Below are positions 58,303 through 64,000 of a DNA stretch of 64,000 nt, one piece after another. The translations under genes and the position numbers were made by a program. This DNA comes from an uncultured delta proteobacterium. Lineage in GTDB: Bacteria; Desulfobacterota; RBG-13-43-22. The notes beneath the pieces were generated by a model. That model searched no databases. It worked only from the letters and a program-made list of their open reading frames with translations, and was not told the DNA's origin. The stretch covers positions 224,001-288,000 of the forward strand of contig CAWBOS010000010.1 of the NCBI GenBank assembly GCA_963790475.1, read 5' to 3'. The stretch's first letter is position 1. Each line of letters opens with the position of its first letter.

Positions 58303-60735
58303 ATGTCTACAGAGCTGACGATACAAAGCCTTTTGCCGGCGATCAAAAAGAAAGAGGTCATACCAAGTACAGCAAGGACCTTTATCGGTATAGATTTTGG
58401 TACATCAACATCTGTTGTCAGTATGGCCATGCTCGATCCCGTAAAGACCATAGACATAAAAACAATTTGGATTGATCAGCTGGATTCAGATGGTATCGGC
58501 AAAATATCATCAGAAAAGGTTCCGACTGTAGTCGCCTGGCATAGGGATCGGCTGTTGATAGGCAAAGGGGCTGCCGACCTGAAATATAAAAATAAAAAGG
58601 GGGTGGATGTTTGGTATTCGTTCAAGATGGAACTGGGTGAAGATCTTGGACCGAAATACTATAATAGTAAAGTACCGACAATACGTCGTCCGGCTGATGC
58701 CGCTAAGGTCTTTTTCCAATATCTTAAGGATGAAATTGAGCGATTTGTCAAATCCAATAAAATGCCGCAGGCAATAGAATATGCTGTCAGCATTCCTGCT
58801 TCTTTTGAGGCCAACCAGCGGAGGGATCTAATTGGGGCGCTTGAGGCCGTTGGCATTAATATAGGCAGCCAATCTCTTATTGATGAACCAAACGCGGCAT
58901 TCCTTGGATATGTAGTCGAAACAAACACCGATAGAACCGTGGAAAAACTTTTTGTGCCGCCCGATTATCCTTTGCATATTCTAGTATTCGATTTTGGCGC
59001 CGGGACTTGCGATATATCCATCCTTGAAGTGGGACACGATATTAATGGACTCTATTCTAAGAATCTCTCCATATCGCGATTTGAAAAGCTTGGGGGTGAT
59101 GATATCGATCGCCTTATTGCCCGCCAGATTCTTTTCAAGCAGTTGCTCATTGATAATAATGTCAAAGAGAGTGATTTCAAAACACCCGATATTAACAAAG
59201 GCATTATCCCCAAACTGATGAAACCGGCAGAGGAGCTGAAAATACAAATCTGCAAAGCCGTTGCTCTTCAATACTCATTGGGTGAAAAACTCCCAGACCT
59301 TGCGCAGACTGATGCGAGAATATCTATTGGTGTTAACGACAAGATAACTCTTCCAAGGCAGCAATTATTCATGAATCAACTGTCCCTGACTTATGCCCAA
59401 TTCAAGGGGATCATGGAAATCTTTCTTGCAACGAAGAAAAAAAAGACCCCATCATATGAGGGACAGGATGAATTTGTTTCCATCTTCAATCCGATTGAGT
59501 CTGCCCTTAAGAAAGCAAATCCAAATAAAGATATAAAAGATATAAAAGATAAAATAAACTACGTCTTGTTGATTGGTGGCAGTTCAAAAAATCCCTATGT
59601 TCAGAATGCACTGAGCAATTATTTCCCCGATTCTGAAATATTATTGCCGCACGACCCCCAAACTCATGTTTCTGCCGGCTCGGCGATCCATTCAGTTATT
59701 TATAAAGGCTTTGGCAAGAACATCATCCAACCCATTACCAGTGAACCAATTATGGTAGTGACCAAGGGCGACTTGCTCCAAACGCTTGTCCGCGCCGGTA
59801 CAGAAATTCCGTCGGATGTCTTCGAGATTGACGACCTTTTGACACAAAGTGATGGCCAAAAAAAGATCGAAATCCCCATTTGTGTCTCCTCCAAAGAAAA
59901 AATATTACATGTCGCAACTATTGAGAGTCATGATCGAAAGGGATTCAAGGCAGGTATTCCAATCAAAATAAAATGTCAGATTACGGCTGATAAACTTCTC
60001 CTGATCGAGGCAATTATTGAAGATCAATCCTATCTGGTCGAGCCGCTCAATCCCCTTGCCAACAAACCGCTCGATTACTTCGAGCGGCGAATATATGAAG
60101 CTGAAAAACAATCTTATATCGATGCGGAAAGAAATGTTGGCACGCCAGGGAAAAAATCACTGATGCAACTCGCCCAGGCCTATGCTAAGGCTAGAAAGCA
60201 TCTACAGGCCGCCGAGACATTAGAAACCTGTAATGATCTCCATCCTGGTTCCGTGGAAACAGATTCAATCGCATTTAACTATTCTCGGTCAGGAAATCGG
60301 GAAAAGGCTCTTGACTATTACGAGAAAGCTTATAAAGAAAATCGATCCGCCCATACCGCATTCAACCTCGCTGTTACGATTGGCTGGAACGATCAAGAGC
60401 GCTATAAGGAACTCATGGAAAATGCCCTGAGACTAGATCCTCGCTATCCTTACTCTCTGTACTGTTACGGTGAGTTTTTGATGCATCAGCTTAAAGAGGA
60501 AAAAAGAGGACGTGACTTGGTCAAGAAGGCCATTGATATTTTTAAGGGATGGTTTGAAAATGGTAACCTGGATGACGATGATTATCCACGGCTAATCAAA
60601 TGCGCCAATCTCCTCGATGATAAGGTAACTGCACAAAAAGTGAAAGATAAGATGCCGAAAGATGACAACAAGCCTTATGTAGACGAAAACCTCCTGCAGG
60701 ACAAAGATGCAACAGCATTGACAAGGAGGAGATAG
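58303..60735 (+). CDS. Divergent Hsp70-family ATPase with C-terminal TPR-like repeats
   Basis: GIDFGTS, IPASF, DEPNAA, VFDFGAGTCDISIL, LGGDDID, LIGGSSK; tail EKALDYYEKAY, ENALRLDPRYPYSLY. Confidence 0.9.
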   Translation: MSTELTIQSLLPAIKKKEVIPSTARTFIGIDFGTSTSVVSMAMLDPVKTIDIKTIWIDQLDSDGIGKISSEKVPTVVAWHRDRLLIGKGAADLKYKNKKGVDVWYSFKMELGEDLGPKYYNSKVPTIRRPADAAKVFFQYLKDEIERFVKSNKMPQAIEYAVSIPASFEANQRRDLIGALEAVGINIGSQSLIDEPNAAFLGYVVETNTDRTVEKLFVPPDYPLHILVFDFGAGTCDISILEVGHDINGLYSKNLSISRFEKLGGDDIDRLIARQILFKQLLIDNNVKESDFKTPDINKGIIPKLMKPAEELKIQICKAVALQYSLGEKLPDLAQTDARISIGVNDKITLPRQQLFMNQLSLTYAQFKGIMEIFLATKKKKTPSYEGQDEFVSIFNPIESALKKANPNKDIKDIKDKINYVLLIGGSSKNPYVQNALSNYFPDSEILLPHDPQTHVSAGSAIHSVIYKGFGKNIIQPITSEPIMVVTKGDLLQTLVRAGTEIPSDVFEIDDLLTQSDGQKKIEIPICVSSKEKILHVATIESHDRKGFKAGIPIKIKCQITADKLLLIEAIIEDQSYLVEPLNPLANKPLDYFERRIYEAEKQSYIDAERNVGTPGKKSLMQLAQAYAKARKHLQAAETLETCNDLHPGSVETDSIAFNYSRSGNREKALDYYEKAYKENRSAHTAFNLAVTIGWNDQERYKELMENALRLDPRYPYSLYCYGEFLMHQLKEEKRGRDLVKKAIDIFKGWFENGNLDDDDYPRLIKCANLLDDKVTAQKVKDKMPKDDNKPYVDENLLQDKDATALTRRR

Positions 60736-60739
60736 TCAT

Positions 60740-61924
60740 ATGCCGTGGACATGGATGGTGCCTGAAAGAGATCTTTCTTCTGAACAAACTGATTTTCTGA
60801 ATGTCAACTTGCAGCGTTCTGGTAATATCTGGCTTCAAGGACACGCTGGCAGTGGTAAATCTATTCTTTTAGTCCATAGTGTTAAAAACTCTCTTGTTTC
60901 TAACAAAAACCTGAAGGTAGCTGTTGTAGTCTTTACCCACGCGTTGATCGACCTTTTAAGGACCGGCCTCAGGGAATTAGGTGTTGACAGTATCAATATT
61001 CCCATCATGACTTATTTTGAGTTCAAGGATAATAAGGAACGTTATGATGTAATTTTTGTTGATGAGGTTCAGGATCTGCCAAAAGACATTCTTGCGAGAA
61101 TGAAAAACCGTGCAGGGCGTATCATTGCAGCCGGTGATCAGATGCAATCAATATATCCCAATCGTGTATCTCCAGAGGAGATAAAAAGAATACTTTCTTG
61201 TCCTGGTTATCCTCTTAACGATATTTATCGACTGACAAAATCTATTGTAACGATCGTAGTCGCAATTCTAGGTAATATTGGTAATATCCTCAATGCAAAA
61301 ATCAATATGCAGAAAAAAGACCATGACATCTTAGTCGGAAATGCGTCTAACAAAATATCTGAGACTAACTATGTTTGGAAAAGGTCGAAAGCTTTTGCTG
61401 CAAATGGTTATCCAACCGTTGTTCTCCTGCCAAAACATAATGATATATTGGATTTTTTCGATCTTGTGTGCCAATTTGAGAATGCAAACGAATGGAAGCG
61501 GAGATACATAAGAAAAGGGAGAGGTAGCTTGCCGGATTACGAATCTCTCAACGAACATCTCAATGACCAGGATATTTTATTTGAGTATGTAGGGAACAGC
61601 TTTGGCTCACTGGAAAATGCAGGTAACAATAACAAAGTAATACTTATGACCGATCACAGTGCAAAAGGTCTTGACTTCGAGAATGTATTTATTCCGTGGC
61701 TCACGCATCAGTTCCAACTTGTCGGACAAACGGATATATTGAAAGAGGCCGTTTTCTATGTGGCGTTGACGAGGAGTAAAAACAACCTGGTCCTTACATA
61801 CCATGGCGATAAATACCATCCTTATTTAAATAAATTCATTAATAAAGGTTGCGTTACCTGTTTCGATATAGATAAAGAACTGCTGGCTGAAGATGAGGAT
61901 AATCCAACTAATCCAGAGTGGTAG
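60740..61924 (+). CDS. Compact UvrD/Rep-like SF1 helicase/ATPase
   Basis: LSSEQ, GHAGSGKS, FVDEVQD, AGDQMQSIY, YRLT, HSAKGLDF, YVALTRSK. Confidence 0.9.
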   Translation: MPWTWMVPERDLSSEQTDFLNVNLQRSGNIWLQGHAGSGKSILLVHSVKNSLVSNKNLKVAVVVFTHALIDLLRTGLRELGVDSINIPIMTYFEFKDNKERYDVIFVDEVQDLPKDILARMKNRAGRIIAAGDQMQSIYPNRVSPEEIKRILSCPGYPLNDIYRLTKSIVTIVVAILGNIGNILNAKINMQKKDHDILVGNASNKISETNYVWKRSKAFAANGYPTVVLLPKHNDILDFFDLVCQFENANEWKRRYIRKGRGSLPDYESLNEHLNDQDILFEYVGNSFGSLENAGNNNKVILMTDHSAKGLDFENVFIPWLTHQFQLVGQTDILKEAVFYVALTRSKNNLVLTYHGDKYHPYLNKFINKGCVTCFDIDKELLAEDEDNPTNPEW

Positions 61925-61933
61925 GAGGGCGTA

Positions 61934-63418
61934 ATGAAGATTAAAGCATTAATTCCTATGCCTTTAAGAAACTTTTATGAACTATATAAATACGGTTCGG
62001 TCCGCTTAGAAAGGGAATCTTGCGTCGCTTTTGAAAAATATGATGCAAATGGATATCCGGAGGTGGATCACACACAATTTGTGGAAAAAATTCCTTTCTT
62101 TGACTCAGATGATCAGGGGATCATCCTTGAGGGTGCGATTGACAAGAATACCTTTGAAAGTGTCAATTTTGATATCAGCGGTATTATCCAAGGTAGTTCT
62201 ATAAAGCTAAAGGGTCTTACTGTTGTTCCAGTTCCTCTGTTACTGCATATCGGAGATGTTATAAAAATTTATCCTCTGTCCGAAAATGCTTTACGCTCTC
62301 TCCCTGGGAAAATTGGCGATAATATTGCCCTGGAAAAGCCCGTTTTCCAGAATCTTTTTGAACAAGCAGTAGTAGGATGGGAAGAAATCATTCGGTCGCA
62401 AGGTGCCCAGGCGCTTTTTGAAATGAGTGGTTTAGATATGCCGCAAGACCGGAAACTTCTCGATAGTTTCCTTGATCAGGCCGAGAAGTACAAATTGACT
62501 AATCAAAAGCCTGACAAGGAAGGGCGTTTCCTCCTTCATGCTCTGGTTTATGAACGACGAGAACCATTTCCAAAATCCGACATCGGTATCCTGTTTGATC
62601 TGTGTAAGATTCTTGCCGATAAATCAGAGATGCCCAATTACAGGAAAACAAATTTTTTCGATAAGTTGGATAAAATAAAATCAAAATTTGACCATACCGG
62701 CATACTAGGGGTTCTACAGTATTTTGAAAGCGAACCTCATTATGAAAAAGTGCGAAAAATGACAACCCATGCTGAATGTCAGCATAAGGATTATATTACA
62801 GCAGCACTATTCACAAAATATAAGGAATTGCTGCGTGACGACAAGTACAAATCCGTTGAAATGATAAATGAGATACAAAAATTGTTTAATATTTTTCCAG
62901 AAGAAACCAAGACAGCCTTATATCTCATCGGTGCCTTCTTTTCTTATAAACGATTTTACAACGACTTGTATATATCAAAGCGGCTCAAGATTCTTAAAGA
63001 GTCAAGGGTCACGACTGAATCCAGCACTACTCCGGAAGAAGTTCCTTTAGGTCCTCAGGGCGTGTCAACAATCGAAGTTGTTGTCCCTGCAGAATCAAAG
63101 ATTTCTACATTAAAAAATGGGGAGAAACCTCTTGATGAAGCAAAGTCAGGTAAAGAAACAGAACCTCTTCCATTTCAAGGAGTTTCTAATGAAAAACCCT
63201 CTGTTATCCCTATCCAGGACGACGACAACAGAGAATCAATTCAACCATTGCAGCCTATAATCGAAAAAACAGACCAAAAACAGCCATTAGATAATTTAAG
63301 TGACAGCCTACTGTTCGAAGGAAAACCCACAATAGCTCAGGATAAGGGAATGTCGAAGAAGGAAAAAGGACGGAAACCGAAGATAAGTAAAAAGCTCGGT
63401 GATGAGGCCAAAAAATAG
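61934..63418 (+). CDS. Hypothetical protein with a low-complexity charged C-terminal tail
   Basis: 494-aa ORF, AGGAGG RBS, 9 nt after the helicase stop; no motif recognised. Confidence 0.85.
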   Translation: MKIKALIPMPLRNFYELYKYGSVRLERESCVAFEKYDANGYPEVDHTQFVEKIPFFDSDDQGIILEGAIDKNTFESVNFDISGIIQGSSIKLKGLTVVPVPLLLHIGDVIKIYPLSENALRSLPGKIGDNIALEKPVFQNLFEQAVVGWEEIIRSQGAQALFEMSGLDMPQDRKLLDSFLDQAEKYKLTNQKPDKEGRFLLHALVYERREPFPKSDIGILFDLCKILADKSEMPNYRKTNFFDKLDKIKSKFDHTGILGVLQYFESEPHYEKVRKMTTHAECQHKDYITAALFTKYKELLRDDKYKSVEMINEIQKLFNIFPEETKTALYLIGAFFSYKRFYNDLYISKRLKILKESRVTTESSTTPEEVPLGPQGVSTIEVVVPAESKISTLKNGEKPLDEAKSGKETEPLPFQGVSNEKPSVIPIQDDDNRESIQPLQPIIEKTDQKQPLDNLSDSLLFEGKPTIAQDKGMSKKEKGRKPKISKKLGDEAKK

Positions 63419-63531
63419 GATGCAGATGGAGGTCAAAACAGGCCTACATATTGACTTGAGAAAAATAGGGACGGCTGTTAATGCTCAGTAATTAGGTAAC
63501 TCTTTTGGGGAAGAAAGGATAGAGAGGGCCT

Positions 63532-64000
63532 ATGAAAATTACGATTATTTTCCCTGCTCGTGAGTTTGAAGTCGGACGGGCGATGATTCCGGTCATGCCC
63601 CTGGCGCCGACCCTCCTGGCAGCCCTGACCCCTCAGGGGCACGAAGTCACCCTGGTGGATATGGTCTATGAGGACCAGGTGAATTTTGAAGCGCCCTGTG
63701 ACCTGGCGGCCATTACCGTCAGGACTCCTTTGGCCGTGAAGGCCTACGAAATGGCCGACCGTTTCCGAGCCCAGGGCACAGCGGTGGTTCTGGGCGGGCC
63801 TCATGTTTTTGCTTTCCCCTCAGAGGCCAAAGGTCATGCCTCTGCCGTGGCTATCGGCGAGGCCGAGGAGCTCTGGCCCCGGATCCTGGAGGATCAGCAA
63901 AAGGGAACGCTACAGGATTTCTATGTCTCCGGCCCCTACAAACTTGAATCCCTTAACGGCAGTGTGCATCATGTTCCACTGCGCCCCGACCTTTCCAGGG
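63532..64000 (+). CDS. B12-binding domain radical SAM protein, 3'-truncated by window edge
   Basis: MPLAPTLLAALTP, AYEMADRFR..G..VVLGGPH, VAIGEAEELWP. Confidence 0.85.
   Translation, partial: MKITIIFPAREFEVGRAMIPVMPLAPTLLAALTPQGHEVTLVDMVYEDQVNFEAPCDLAAITVRTPLAVKAYEMADRFRAQGTAVVLGGPHVFAFPSEAKGHASAVAIGEAEELWPRILEDQQKGTLQDFYVSGPYKLESLNGSVHHVPLRPDLSR

Noticed and set aside
58303-60735. Calling this gene dnaK
   Set aside because: Lacks the DnaK linker and lid, has a TPR-like tail, and has no grpE/dnaJ context.
53313-61924. Assignment to Gabija, Hachiman, Mokosh or Hhe
   Set aside because: No OLD/TOPRIM nuclease, SF2 helicase, kinase or PLD domain seen, DUF4011 not recognisable by eye, and none of these includes an Hsp70.
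63440-63480. Possible island right boundary or att site
   Set aside because: No matching direct repeat found near coaX.

Overview
Bacterial window that looks like an anaerobic deltaproteobacterium (Desulfobacterota-like); this is inferred from gene content only. No rRNA, tRNA or CRISPR array was seen. It holds accessory metabolic genes (pirin, perhydrolase, class III cyclase-ATPase-TPR, TolC/MFP/RND pump, enoyl-CoA hydratases, family III CoA-transferases, carboxyltransferase, YeiH-type transporter, penicillin acylase), a purine/MTA salvage cluster with an in-frame Nudix-PNP fusion, and the housekeeping operon tilS-ftsH-folP-cdaA-cdaR-glmM-coaX. There are two accessory defence-type regions. 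The first (18.7-23.7 kb) has a RES-Xre pair and an AbiE pair lying between decayed hsdM and hsdS fragments of a lost type I R-M operon. The second (50.5-63.4 kb) has an IS1380 inserted into an ORF6N gene remnant, higBA, and a tightly coupled four-gene operon: UPF1-like SF1 helicase-nuclease, Hsp70-TPR, minimal UvrD-like helicase and an unknown protein. That operon is the best candidate here for an undescribed anti-phage/conflict system. Several single-base frameshifts in the first 25 kb look like sequence-consensus errors.
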